Shown: positions 1 to 9,745 of the stretch, piece after piece | Position numbering within the stretch: the stretch's first letter is position 1 | Layout: every line of letters starts with the position of its first letter | Assembly: GCA_013820875.1 (NCBI GenBank) | Contig: JACDHS010000003.1 | Span: 26,952 to 90,951 of the forward strand | Source of the DNA: Verrucomicrobiota bacterium | Lineage (GTDB): Bacteria; Verrucomicrobiota; Verrucomicrobiia; Limisphaerales; JACDHS01 | Length of the DNA stretch: 64,000 bases | Direction of reading: 5' to 3' | Translations under genes and position numbers: made by a program | The notes under the pieces: model-generated | Database searches by the model: none | What the model was told of the DNA's origin: nothing | Seen by the model: only the letters and a program-made list of their open reading frames with translations

Positions 1-3000
1 TTTCCATTGGATTCCAACGGGAACATGTACCGCGGTGTCGGTACAGCGGATCTCACTTATCTCGGCGCTGATCCAGCTCCGTACCGCTCAGGATATTTCA
101 AACGGACCAAAGCCAGCGCGGATGACTGGAGCGATCTGATTCAACTCACGCACGCGCTCTCCACCAACACTCCTGATGCGAGCTATGTAGCGACTATCCA
201 GAGCGTGATTGATATTGATCAGTGGCTGCGTTTCTTCGCCATCAATATCCTGATGGACAACACGGAAACGAGTATCAGCAACGGTGAAGGCGATGATTAC
301 TCACTCTATCGCGGAGAAAGCGACCAGCGTTTTCAACTCCTGCCTTATGACCTGGATTCGATCCTCGGCGCAGGCGGCGGGAGCACGACGGCACCGCTCT
401 TCCAGGCGACAAATGCGGCAGCGGTGGATCGTTTCATGAAGCATCCGGCGCTCGTTCCGCGCTATTACGGGCAGCTCAAGCAGTTGATTGACACCACCTT
501 TTCACCCGAGCAGTTCAATCCGTTTGTTGAGCAAGTGTTGGGCGAGCATGTGCCGGTGTCGCTCATTAACAGCATGAAGACGTTTATCGTGGGCCGAAAC
601 GCATTCGTGCTTTCGAAGATCCCGCTGAGTCTCACGGCCACCAGCGCGCTGCCGGTCGTTCACGGTTATTACCGCACCACAGATGCCACGGCAGCACTCA
701 ACGGCATGGCAAATGCCATCGAAACGCGATCGGTCCTGGTCGATGGCATTCAGGCCAACTGGTCTGCCCTGGCGGGAACATGGGCAATCAATGACATTGC
801 ATTGCAGCCCGGCATCAATCGTATCCTGGTGCAATCGCTCGATGAAATAGGTCGCGAATTTGCCCGCACCCATCTCGACGTCTGGCGCGATACCGGAGTT
901 GGCGCCACCGTTTCAGGTACAATCAGCAGCAGCGCCACATGGACGGCTGCCGCAGGTCCTTTTCATGTTACAGGAGACCTCATCGTGCCGGTTGGCGTAA
1001 CGCTTGTGATCGAGCCAGGCACAACGATTTATTTCGCCGGAAACACTCGTCTGATTGTGCAGGGCCGGTTGCTGGCTCAAGGCAGCGACACGCAACGCAT
1101 TCGCCTGACGCGAGAGCCTGGCACCAGCGGCGCATGGGGTGGGATCCTTTTTCAAAACAGCACCGAGGATAATCGCATGAGATTCGTGGACATGGATTTC
1201 ACGGGTACAACCGCCCAATCAATCCGGGTCGAGAACTCCAGGCTTCTGATCGAACATTGCACATGGTCGAACACCGACAAGAAAATCATCGAGCTGAGCA
1301 ACGCCTCTCTTGCTCTGCGCTATTGCACCTTTCCGGAGATCAACAATGACACAGCGATTCAAGGCAGCGGCATGCCAATCGCCGGCTACGTCATTATTGA
1401 AGGTAACCGTTTTGGCCGGATCAACGGTGCTGGTGATGTCATTCGTTTTGCCGGGGGGCAAAGGCCAGGTCCAATCCTGCAAATTCTCGATAACGTTTTT
1501 GCTGGCGGTGGAGATGACGCAATCGATTTGAACGGCGCGGATGCGCATATCGAAGGCAACCGGTTTCAGCAGTTTTCCAAAGGAACGGCCGACACCGATC
1601 CCTCTGCAGCAATCAGCGCCACCGGCGGGCCGGAAATAACTGCGGCGCGAAACATCTTCGCTGGAAATGATCACGCGGTGATCCTCACAGGTGGCTCGTT
1701 CTTGACCGGGCACAACAACACGATTGTCGGCAGTCGCATTGCTGGCATCAGTTTTGCCGAACCGGCTATCAACCCGTTGCCGGGCGGCGGAGCAACTCTT
1801 GCAGGCCACCTCCATTGGAACGACGCAGTTGTTTTCAAAAACCTTTCTCCTACCAACGGGACAGTCAGCTTAACAGTGAACCACTCGCTATTGCCTGGAA
1901 CGCCCGTGTGGCCAGGCACCGGCAACGCGAACGGCGATCCGCGTTTTTTGAATGCATCAAACGATTTTTACCTGCGTCCCGGTTCGCCCGCTGTCCGAAC
2001 AGGACCAAACGGCCTGGATATGGGAGCGCACGTACCTGCCGGGGCATCGATTTCCGGAGAACCAAAATCTGTCACATCACGCAGCAGTGCCACGCTCATT
2101 GTTAGTGGCCCTGGAATCACGCACTTCAAATATCGAGTGAACGGCGGCCCATACGGAAGCGAGCTTTCAATTACCAACCACATCGAGCTTACCGGCCTCA
2201 CGAATGGATTTTATACGGTTGAGGTTCTCGGGAAAAATTCTGCCGGAACCTGGCAGGCCGTGAGCAACGCCACCGTCTCACGCACCTGGACAGTGGATAG
2301 CGGCCGGCTGCCGGTGATGATCAATGAAGTCCTCGCGCGGAATACCTCAGCCGTGAACCACAGCGGCACCTTTCCCGATCTTGTCGAGCTCTACAACGAA
2401 AGCGCCGCACCGTTCAATTTGTCGGGGATGCGGCTCTCGGATAATCCTGCCAATCCCAACAAGTTTACCTTTCCCGCGGGAACAACTATCGGCCCCGGCG
2501 CTTGCCTGGTGCTTTATGCTGACAGTGCCGCCACGCCGGGAATTCATCTTGGGTTTTCGTTAAGCGCGACTGGTGAATCGGTTTCTCTTTATGCCACTAA
2601 TGGCGCGTTGATCGATTCAGTATTTTTCGGGCCGCAGTTAAACGACTTGTCAATCGGCAGGTTGCCCGACGGAACCTGGACGTTGACACAGCCAACGTTC
2701 GGTTCAGCCAACATCGCTCAGCCTACAGGCGATCCAGCCAGGCTCAAAATCAACGAATGGCTTACTCACGGGCAACTGTTGTTTACCGATGATTTTATTG
2801 AACTCTACAATCCCGATTCACTACCGACAGATCTCGGCGGTTTGTTCCTGACCGACAAGCCGCAAGCCGCGCCCGGGCTGCATGAGATTGCGCCACTCAG
2901 TTTCATTGGTGGGGGAAATGTAATCGTATTTACCGCTGATGCTCGTCCCGACCGCGGCCCGGACCATCTCAATTTCAAGCTCTCCCCCAACCAGGGATTC

Positions 3001-5457
3001 ATCGGTTTGTTCGATCGCCAACTCAACGAAATCGATTTGGTTTATTACGGTCCTCAGCGCTCTGATGTTTCCCAGGGCCGCACTCCGAATGGCTCAACGA
3101 CATTAACATTTTTCCAGCAGCCGACTCCCGGCTCACCGAATGCCGCGCCAACTGGGACGAATGGAACGGTTGTTCTCAATGAGATACTGGCTGTTAATGC
3201 CAGCTTCCCGGATGCAAACGGTGTCGCCTCGGATTTTGTCGAGCTCTACAACCCCACCACGAATGCCATCGATTTGGCTGACATGAGCTTGAGTGATAAC
3301 ACGCTGTCACCGCGACGATGGGTTTTCCCTCCTAGCTCCACGATTCCTGCGCTGGGCCACATCGTGGTTCGCTGCAACGGGAATTCTCCGGCCTCAACAG
3401 GTTTCGGTTCATTCCTCAACACCGGTTTCGGACTGAGCGCAAGCGGGGATGCCGTTTACCTGTTTGATGCACCGGTTCGTGGTGGAGCGATGTTGGATTC
3501 TGTTCGCTTCGGAGTGCAGGCTGTTGATTTTTCGATCGCGCGCCTTCCGGATGGATCGGGCGATTGGCAGCTTGGGCTTCCGAGTCCGCTCGGTATCAAT
3601 ATCCCTGCCGTTTCTGGTAATTCTTTTGCCATCAAGATCAACGAATGGATGGCGTCTCCAGCTTCCGGTGAAGATTGGTTTGAGCTGTTCAATCCTAATG
3701 CACAACCGGTCGCGATTGGCGGCATGTTTCTAACCGACGATTTGAGCAACTCAACGAAACATCCTGTCGCGCCGCTCTCCTTTATTGGCACGGGCCTGGA
3801 TGCCTTTCGGAAATTAATTGCAGACGATCTGTCGAGCCTCGGCGCGGACCACGTCAGTTTCAAACTGGATGGCAGCAATGGCGAAGCGATCGGCCTGTTT
3901 GCCGACAATGGAACGCAAGTTGATGCGCTTTCTTTTGGTCCCCAACAAGCCGGTGTCTCTCAAGGTCGCCTGCCCGACGGCGCTGTTGCGATCCACCAGT
4001 TTACAGTCTCCGCTACACCCGGATCTGCCAATTATCTTCTCATGACGAACGTCATAATCAACGAGGTGCTGACTCATTCCGATTGGCCATTGGAGGATGC
4101 CATCGAACTCCGCAACTTGACCGACCAACCGATTGATCTCAGCGACTGGTATCTGAGTGATAACGTCCAGAATCTGCGCAAATATCAGATCCCCGCCGAT
4201 ACAATCATTCCACCGCAAGGTTTTGTCGGCTTTTACGAAGGTGATTTCAACGGTGACAATGCCCTGACTCCATTTGCTCTCAGCTCGGCACGCGGCGATT
4301 CCATCTTTCTTTCCGCTGCTGACAGCTCAGGAAATTTGAACGGCTACCGTGCCCTCGTCCAAGTCGGTCCAGCCGCCAATGGCGTTTCGTTCGGTCGCCA
4401 CCTTACGAGCGTTGGCGCCGATTTCGTGGCGCTCAGCGTTCCTACTTTCGGGGTTAATAATCCTGTTTCAGTCGAACATTTTCGGACCGGCACCGGTGCG
4501 CCTAACGCCTACCCGCTCGTGGGACCTTTGGTCATCAATGAATTGATGTATCACCCTCCCGATTTCGGCGGATCGATCGATAACTCTGCCGATGAATTCA
4601 TTGAACTCCGAAACATCAGCACAAGCACGGTGCCGCTCTATGATGTTGCGGCGCCCACCAACCACTGGCGAATCGCCGGAGGTGTGAACTTCACATTTCC
4701 AACTGGAACCGCGCTGGCATCAGGCGGTTATTTGCTGGTGGTAAGCTTCGATCCTTCAACCAATTCAACGGCGCTGAACGCCTTTCGCACTCGATTCAGC
4801 GTGAGCACGAATACCGCGATCTACGGCCCGTTTCTGGGCAAGCTCAACAACAGCGGTGAACGAGTGGAACTTTACAAGCCCGACCCGCCTCAGACATCCG
4901 GCCCTGATATCGGTCTGGTGCCGAGCATCCTCGTTGAAGCAGTGCATTACTCCCCTGCGGCGCCCTGGCCCGTCGGGGCGAGTGGCAGTGGCTCATCGCT
5001 TCAGCGGGTGAATGGCTCGCTTTATGGCAACGATCCGGTGAACTGGAAAACCGGCTTGCCCACCGCTGGACGGGATAACAATTCAGACAATCTCGATAGC
5101 GACGGAGATGGGCTGCCAGACTGGTGGGAAGATCAATACGGATTTGATAAATACAGTGATTTAGATGCGGAGGAAGATGCGGATGGCGATGGCATGAACA
5201 ATCGCCAGGAATTCCTTGCCGGAACAGATCCACGTGATCCCGATTCGAGATTTGAAATCTTCGAATGGCGAGTGGAAAACGGAACGGACCTGATCCTTGA
5301 GTGGAGTTCAGTTCCGGGCCGAAGCTATCGCGTGCAACACAGTGCCGACCTGATCTCGTGGGAGGATGCAAGCATGCCTGTGGTTGCTGGGGGCAGCAGC
5401 GTGCAGTTCACCGATGCCCTAACGAGTCGAAAATTCTATCGCGTCGTTGTGGAGTGA
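1..5457 (+). CDS. Giant secreted multidomain protein whose 5' end lies outside the window. It has a CotH-like region, a parallel beta-helix region, about 6 lamin-tail-domain (LTD)-like repeats and C-terminal Asp-rich thrombospondin-type-3-like repeats.
   Basis: Frame 1 is open from nt 1 to the stop at 5455-5457. The LTD-type motif INE(V/W/L)...DF(V/I)ELYN recurs at least 6 times. There are beta-helix-like repeats (NRFxG, GGDDAIDLNG) and the repeats DSDGDGLPDWWE / DADGDGMNNRQEF. The C-terminus ends KFYRVVVE. Confidence 0.8.
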   Translation, partial: FPLDSNGNMYRGVGTADLTYLGADPAPYRSGYFKRTKASADDWSDLIQLTHALSTNTPDASYVATIQSVIDIDQWLRFFAINILMDNTETSISNGEGDDYSLYRGESDQRFQLLPYDLDSILGAGGGSTTAPLFQATNAAAVDRFMKHPALVPRYYGQLKQLIDTTFSPEQFNPFVEQVLGEHVPVSLINSMKTFIVGRNAFVLSKIPLSLTATSALPVVHGYYRTTDATAALNGMANAIETRSVLVDGIQANWSALAGTWAINDIALQPGINRILVQSLDEIGREFARTHLDVWRDTGVGATVSGTISSSATWTAAAGPFHVTGDLIVPVGVTLVIEPGTTIYFAGNTRLIVQGRLLAQGSDTQRIRLTREPGTSGAWGGILFQNSTEDNRMRFVDMDFTGTTAQSIRVENSRLLIEHCTWSNTDKKIIELSNASLALRYCTFPEINNDTAIQGSGMPIAGYVIIEGNRFGRINGAGDVIRFAGGQRPGPILQILDNVFAGGGDDAIDLNGADAHIEGNRFQQFSKGTADTDPSAAISATGGPEITAARNIFAGNDHAVILTGGSFLTGHNNTIVGSRIAGISFAEPAINPLPGGGATLAGHLHWNDAVVFKNLSPTNGTVSLTVNHSLLPGTPVWPGTGNANGDPRFLNASNDFYLRPGSPAVRTGPNGLDMGAHVPAGASISGEPKSVTSRSSATLIVSGPGITHFKYRVNGGPYGSELSITNHIELTGLTNGFYTVEVLGKNSAGTWQAVSNATVSRTWTVDSGRLPVMINEVLARNTSAVNHSGTFPDLVELYNESAAPFNLSGMRLSDNPANPNKFTFPAGTTIGPGACLVLYADSAATPGIHLGFSLSATGESVSLYATNGALIDSVFFGPQLNDLSIGRLPDGTWTLTQPTFGSANIAQPTGDPARLKINEWLTHGQLLFTDDFIELYNPDSLPTDLGGLFLTDKPQAAPGLHEIAPLSFIGGGNVIVFTADARPDRGPDHLNFKLSPNQGFIGLFDRQLNEIDLVYYGPQRSDVSQGRTPNGSTTLTFFQQPTPGSPNAAPTGTNGTVVLNEILAVNASFPDANGVASDFVELYNPTTNAIDLADMSLSDNTLSPRRWVFPPSSTIPALGHIVVRCNGNSPASTGFGSFLNTGFGLSASGDAVYLFDAPVRGGAMLDSVRFGVQAVDFSIARLPDGSGDWQLGLPSPLGINIPAVSGNSFAIKINEWMASPASGEDWFELFNPNAQPVAIGGMFLTDDLSNSTKHPVAPLSFIGTGLDAFRKLIADDLSSLGADHVSFKLDGSNGEAIGLFADNGTQVDALSFGPQQAGVSQGRLPDGAVAIHQFTVSATPGSANYLLMTNVIINEVLTHSDWPLEDAIELRNLTDQPIDLSDWYLSDNVQNLRKYQIPADTIIPPQGFVGFYEGDFNGDNALTPFALSSARGDSIFLSAADSSGNLNGYRALVQVGPAANGVSFGRHLTSVGADFVALSVPTFGVNNPVSVEHFRTGTGAPNAYPLVGPLVINELMYHPPDFGGSIDNSADEFIELRNISTSTVPLYDVAAPTNHWRIAGGVNFTFPTGTALASGGYLLVVSFDPSTNSTALNAFRTRFSVSTNTAIYGPFLGKLNNSGERVELYKPDPPQTSGPDIGLVPSILVEAVHYSPAAPWPVGASGSGSSLQRVNGSLYGNDPVNWKTGLPTAGRDNNSDNLDSDGDGLPDWWEDQYGFDKYSDLDAEEDADGDGMNNRQEFLAGTDPRDPDSRFEIFEWRVENGTDLILEWSSVPGRSYRVQHSADLISWEDASMPVVAGGSSVQFTDALTSRKFYRVVVE

Positions 5458-5882
5458 TTCCGGTCTGATCCGTTAGCGGATTAACCGCAGGTTTCTTGCG
5501 GAACTGTATTGCGGCGCCTGGAGCATCGTCCGGTTCCCGTCCTTGCCGTCGAAATTGTTTGCTGATCCGAAAGCGAACGATAGCACAACAGCCAACTCCG
5601 CAGCTTCGCCGGTTCGCGCAATTCCGCGAGGCCTTTCCAGGCTGTCACGAATGTTTCCTAGGCTAAATCCTCAGCGAACATATGAGCGTTTGATACCGTT
5701 CGACGATCTGTCGGAAGGCGAAGAGGTGACAAGAAAAAGCATCGAACGTGGTTACAGGGGGGGCCAGGACAGAGAATTGTGCCCAGTTGAAAGCAAAAAA
5801 GGGCATCCGCAAAATTTGGAGAATGCCCCGTGCTCGGCGCACATCAGAGAGGGCATTTGCCCGCTGTGCGATTCCATCTTCA

Positions 5883-7400
5883 TCACTTCTGATCCCCAGG
5901 GACACGCACTGTTTCCAAATGTTTTCGCATCTCTGCCACTACTTTGGCCTGCGCCGGGTTGTTCGCCAGATTGACGAATTCCCTCGGGTCGGATTTGTGA
6001 TCGTAGAGTTCACGCCCCTCGCTGCCGTCCGGGCCCCATTCCGTGTAGCGCCAGCGCTCAGTTCGCGCCGAGTAACCCATCATTCTTTTGTTTTTGCCCA
6101 GCGAACGCGTAACCTGGCTGAAAACGGCAGGTTTGAATGATCCGGTTGGCTTATTCAGAAGCGGCACGAGCGAACGGCCTTCGATCTTCTGCGGAGGGTC
6201 CGGGAGACGGCACAGTTCTTTCAGCGTAGGATAAACGTCCAGAAGTTCGACAGGCCGTGGCGAACTCTTCCCGTTTCCTTTCGCCCCGGGTGCATAAACG
6301 ATCAACGGAACGCGGTTGGCTTCGTCGAACAAAAGCTGCTTTTGCCACTGGCCATGTTCGCCCAGAAGAAATCCGTGATCACTGAAGAAGACCACGATCG
6401 TATTATCAGCAAGCTTCAAACGCTCCAGTGCCTGCAGCAATCTGCCGACCTGATCATCAATGAAACTTACTGAAGCCCAGTAACCGCGAATACAATCGCG
6501 CAGGCCACTCTCGTCCAGGCCGTAATTTGCGGGACGAATATGCAGGCTGATGTCTGGAACGTCCTTGAGATCATCAGGATGGCTGGAAGGCAATTGCACC
6601 TCCTCCTTGGGGTACATCTCAAACCATTTTTCTGTGGCAACAAAAGGGGTGTGCGGACGGTAAAAACCCATGCCGATAAAAAATGGCTTATCAGATTTCG
6701 CAGCTTGTTCGAGGAGTTTGATCGTTTCGGTCACGCCCCGACCATCGGTCTGTTCCTCGTCAGTGCCATCCATTTCCAACCAGGCCATCGCGAATCCGAG
6801 GGTAGACCCTGTCCCGCGGGTTAAAACGTGCAGCTTGTCTTCCTCAGTTTTATCGCGGCCAATCGGGTTGATCGCCACATCCCAGGAAATGGGATCATCC
6901 TTGCCCGCGGTGCCGATCTCCCGGGGAACGCCGTAATGGAAGATTTTGCCGACGCGAGCTGTAAAATAACCGTTCTGCCGGAAAAGCTGAGGTAGAGTGA
7001 CCGCATCTGGAACGGTGCTGCGGAAATTCGTTTCAAGGGTATGAACACGGGCTGTATCAGGACGAAGACCTGTGAGCATTGAAACACGGCTGGGATTGCA
7101 AAGCGGGAATTGGCAGTAGGCGAGATCAAACTTCACGCCTCGCGAAGCCAATCGGTCAAGATGAGGTGTTTTCACCTTCGGGTGACCGTATGTACCGAGA
7201 TCCAAGTTTAAATCGTCCGTGGAGATAAACAATACATTCGGCTTACTCTTAGGTGCTGCGCTGTGAACCGGGACAACCATGGCAAGGGACAGAACACCTG
7301 CTAACATGATGCTCAAACTGCTGAAGCTTCGGACATTCCTCACGAGATGGGCTTCAAATGAGGACCGGGCAATTTTAACCATGCAAAATCTTTGTTTCAT
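5883..7400 (-). CDS. Type I sulfatase (iduronate-2-sulfatase-like), probably exported
   Basis: 505 aa with a hydrophobic N-terminal signal-like segment. It has the NVLFISTDD start, the formylglycine signature C-x-P-x-R (CNPSRVSMLTGL) and FFSDHG. The start codon is uncertain (7400 or 7382). Confidence 0.85.
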   Translation of the reverse strand: MKQRFCMVKIARSSFEAHLVRNVRSFSSLSIMLAGVLSLAMVVPVHSAAPKSKPNVLFISTDDLNLDLGTYGHPKVKTPHLDRLASRGVKFDLAYCQFPLCNPSRVSMLTGLRPDTARVHTLETNFRSTVPDAVTLPQLFRQNGYFTARVGKIFHYGVPREIGTAGKDDPISWDVAINPIGRDKTEEDKLHVLTRGTGSTLGFAMAWLEMDGTDEEQTDGRGVTETIKLLEQAAKSDKPFFIGMGFYRPHTPFVATEKWFEMYPKEEVQLPSSHPDDLKDVPDISLHIRPANYGLDESGLRDCIRGYWASVSFIDDQVGRLLQALERLKLADNTIVVFFSDHGFLLGEHGQWQKQLLFDEANRVPLIVYAPGAKGNGKSSPRPVELLDVYPTLKELCRLPDPPQKIEGRSLVPLLNKPTGSFKPAVFSQVTRSLGKNKRMMGYSARTERWRYTEWGPDGSEGRELYDHKSDPREFVNLANNPAQAKVVAEMRKHLETVRVPGDQK

Positions 7401-7581
7401 TGTTTTCTTGGATACAAGTTCATTTGGTTTCGTGAGCAGAGCTTAACGTTACGGGCAGATAGGGAAGTTCTTGCTCGCAGAAGCAAGGCTTCGCCACTTT
7501 GTGGGATCGTGCAATCACGTTGCCGAGAAAAAAACGCATCGACTTCCATGCAGTGGTCTGTTGTGTTTTTGCCGCTTTCTT

Positions 7582-7749
7582 ATGAGAGCTTTTCTATCTC
7601 CAATGGTTCTTTGCGCGATGCTATGTGGTGTTTTCGCGTCTTCGACATCCGCTGGGATACAAACGTTAATTGATCAAGTATCGAACTTTGATGCCACGCG
7701 TGAATTCAAATTCAAAAACATTCCAGCCCCGTCCAAAAACGATGCGTGA
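7582..7749 (+). pseudogene. Probable 5' remnant of a secreted-protein gene, with a reading frame that ends inside the terminal attC site
   Basis: An ATG at 7582 gives MRAFLSPMVLCAMLCGVFASSTSAG (signal-peptide-like) plus about 30 residues. The stop at 7747-7749 lies inside the stem of attC1, so only 55 codons remain. Confidence 0.35.
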
Positions 7750-7821
7750 GCCACCGCCGGTCTGTGACTCAAGAATAAAACAGAAAGCGCTATCGGCGGT
7801 TGGCTCGACGCACTGTTAGAC
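7734..7821 (-). repeat. attC site 1 (last in the array)
   Basis: Minus strand: R'' GTCTAAC (7815-7821) lies 15 nt after the cassette-a stop. The arms GAGCCAACCGCCG / CGGCGGTGGCTC pair, with an unpaired C and A on the R''-L'' arm. The R' position reads GTTTTTG (7734-7740), which is degenerate. Confidence 0.75.
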
Positions 7822-7836
7822 GACTCGTGTGACATA

Positions 7837-8151
7837 TCAAGCGTATGCTAAATGGAATCGCAGAAGATACGCCCAAGTCGAGACAAAGAATAGAAGAATG
7901 AAGATACGTGCCGAAACCGAACTGTTCCGCCAAACCGCATAAATAAATGAAGCAACCAAGGACAACAGTATGATGACCATCCAGCCGTAAAACAACGCAG
8001 GGCTGAAACTAGCTGCTCTGATGTTTTGCTCCCCCGGATACAGGCCAGACAATCCGCTCAGCGCGACAAGATGAACGTGAGCAATCTCGCCAACGGCTGC
8101 AATGGAGAGCAACCAAACGCCAAGTCCGATTGCTAAAATCTTGCGTCCCAT
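7837..8151 (-). CDS. Cassette a: small integral membrane protein (3-4 TM), function unknown
   Basis: 104-aa ORF with hydrophobic segments throughout. The ATG lies 8 nt downstream of the attC2 R' box. Confidence 0.6.
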   Translation of the reverse strand: MGRKILAIGLGVWLLSIAAVGEIAHVHLVALSGLSGLYPGEQNIRAASFSPALFYGWMVIILLSLVASFIYAVWRNSSVSARIFILLFFVSTWAYLLRFHLAYA

Positions 8152-8158
8152 ATAAGTC

Positions 8159-8247
8159 GCCTAACGCCAGCGTGAGCCACCGCCGACCGAGGACTCAAGA
8201 ATAAACAGAGAGCGCTATCGGCGGTTGGCTCGACGCTCTGGTTCGAC
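8159..8247 (-). repeat. attC site 2
   Basis: Minus strand: R'' GTCGAAC (8241-8247) and canonical R' GTTAGGC (8159-8165). The stem is nearly identical to attC1, with the same unpaired C and A on the R''-L'' arm. Confidence 0.85.
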
Positions 8248-8266
8248 TGGGTGTTATGATCTGTGG

Positions 8267-8581
8267 TCATCTCTCAAGCAACGGCTCTTCCCCATCCCTC
8301 TCCAGCCAAAGTTCACTACCATTCGATATGTCCTCGGCGACAACAGAACGCGGAAGGCAGAAGCATACCCCACCACGATCACGACCACGATTAATCATCT
8401 CAATATCTCTGATGAATGTCGAAATGCAGCGTCCGTTGGGTGTACGAATCTGAATGCGTTCTCGTCGATGAATGGACTCGGTGGGGGCGATCAGCCACTG
8501 ATCTTCCTGGGGCAGAGCTATCACTGTCTCGATGTTATCAATCGAGTAAACTCCGTCGATAGTGGCCACTTTCTTCGGCAT
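8267..8581 (-). CDS. Cassette b: soluble hypothetical protein
   Basis: 104-aa ORF bounded by R' GTTCGAC (8595-8601) and R'' GTCGAAC (8241-8247), which are exact reverse complements. I recognised no family. Confidence 0.55.
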   Translation of the reverse strand: MPKKVATIDGVYSIDNIETVIALPQEDQWLIAPTESIHRRERIQIRTPNGRCISTFIRDIEMINRGRDRGGVCFCLPRSVVAEDISNGSELWLERDGEEPLLER

Positions 8582-8594
8582 GACAGGCTAAGTG

Positions 8595-8688
8595 GTCGAA
8601 CGTCTAGCTCATCCACGGCGGGGATGGAAGTCCGAATTCAAACTGGAGCGCTACCCGCCGTTGGATGGAGCGCCTTGATACTTCTTTT
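8595..8688 (-). repeat. attC site 3 (R'' box degenerate)
   Basis: Minus strand: the arms CTCCATCCAACGGCGGG / CCCCGCCGTGGATGAG pair, with an unpaired C and A. R' is GTTCGAC (8595-8601). I found no clear RYYYAAC after the cassette-c stop. Confidence 0.6.
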
Positions 8689-9600
8689 TTAGCATGAAGG
8701 GGTTGGCAGCCAAATTCTCCTGATTAGATACTTAGTATTCACGGGAAGTTCTTCACAGCCAGCCATTCGGAACACAAGCGGTGGGAAATCCATGTCGGCT
8801 TTCAAGCCAAGCAATGGCATGATAAGCGGTGCCATAAAAGACGGAGTGGGGCGAAGTTCCCACCAAACGTGGACTTCTGTTGCTTTATCTGAAATCTCGA
8901 CTAACTCCCATCCGCCAATCATTTCCGAAGCCGGATATGGGAAGCCTTCTTCTTGGCAAAGAAACTCCATTTCAATCCGTTTGCCTGCCTCAAATTTTGT
9001 GCATTTCTCAGCCCACGTCTTTCCACTCATGTCTTCACACTGGCGAGTGACACCAACCTGTGGTTCCAGATCATCTCGTATGATAGAACTGCGGAGCGAA
9101 GGGAAATACTTACTGATGCCTGACAGGTCAGAAATCACATCCCACATTTTGGTTGTGCCTACGGGAACTCGCACCGCCACACAATGCCGGTAGAACTTGG
9201 AACCTGTCAGCCGGTGAGCCTCCCCTGCACCCCAAAACTGCAATGAACCAAAAACACCTACTATAACAGAGACGGCGATCAAAAGGAATCTGCCTCGTTC
9301 ATTGAGAGTCTCAGGAAACCAAACCAACAATACAATCGCTCCTATAACCCACAATGTATCTCCAAGAGAAGCATACAGTGCGCGCCACGTCTGAATCCGC
9401 CGTCTGCTTGCTTGATGAAAAAGATCTACTGAGAATATTCCTAGTCCAACTCCTATCCCGATGAGAATGAGATGATTAGAGAGTCCGATAAACGAGCTGA
9501 CGTATTGGGACAAGAAAAGGAAGACAACCGCAGAAATGGCGGAGAAAGTTGCATTCCCAAGAAGTGCGACACGGAGAGGTTTTGTGTTTTGTGTATTCAT
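8689..9600 (-). CDS. Cassette c: membrane-anchored SRPBCC (START/polyketide-cyclase-like) domain protein
   Basis: 303 aa. The N-terminal ~125 aa contain about 4 hydrophobic helices. The C-terminal ~150 aa resemble the SRPBCC ligand-binding fold (KMWDVISDLSGISKYFP...W.EKC..FE.GKRIE). Confidence 0.6.
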   Translation of the reverse strand: MNTQNTKPLRVALLGNATFSAISAVVFLFLSQYVSSFIGLSNHLILIGIGVGLGIFSVDLFHQASRRRIQTWRALYASLGDTLWVIGAIVLLVWFPETLNERGRFLLIAVSVIVGVFGSLQFWGAGEAHRLTGSKFYRHCVAVRVPVGTTKMWDVISDLSGISKYFPSLRSSIIRDDLEPQVGVTRQCEDMSGKTWAEKCTKFEAGKRIEMEFLCQEEGFPYPASEMIGGWELVEISDKATEVHVWWELRPTPSFMAPLIMPLLGLKADMDFPPLVFRMAGCEELPVNTKYLIRRIWLPTPSC

Positions 9601-9637
9601 CTTTAATGTGAGGAGTGTAGAGGGCGTTTATTCCATT

Positions 9638-9730
9638 GCCGAACGCCCCGGCTCAGGCAGGCCGGGCCAATGATGATCAATTGTCAACCGAGACGCGATC
9701 CCGGCCTTGCCTGCAGCCGGTTGGTTAGCC
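9638..9730 (-). repeat. attC site 4
   Basis: Minus strand: R'' GGCTAAC (9724-9730) and R' GTTCGGC (9638-9644). The arms CCGGCTGCAGGCAAGGCCGGG / CCCGGCCTGCCTGAGCCGG pair, with an unpaired G and A on the R''-L'' arm. Confidence 0.8.
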
Positions 9731-9745
9731 GACCGGTCCGTTATC

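Noticed and set aside
5458-5882. ORFs 5543-5974 (+) and 5663-5905 (-) in the convergent gap between the CotH/LTD gene and the sulfatase gene
   Set aside because: They overlap each other and the sulfatase 3' end. They have no motifs and show no convincing terminator or RBS context.
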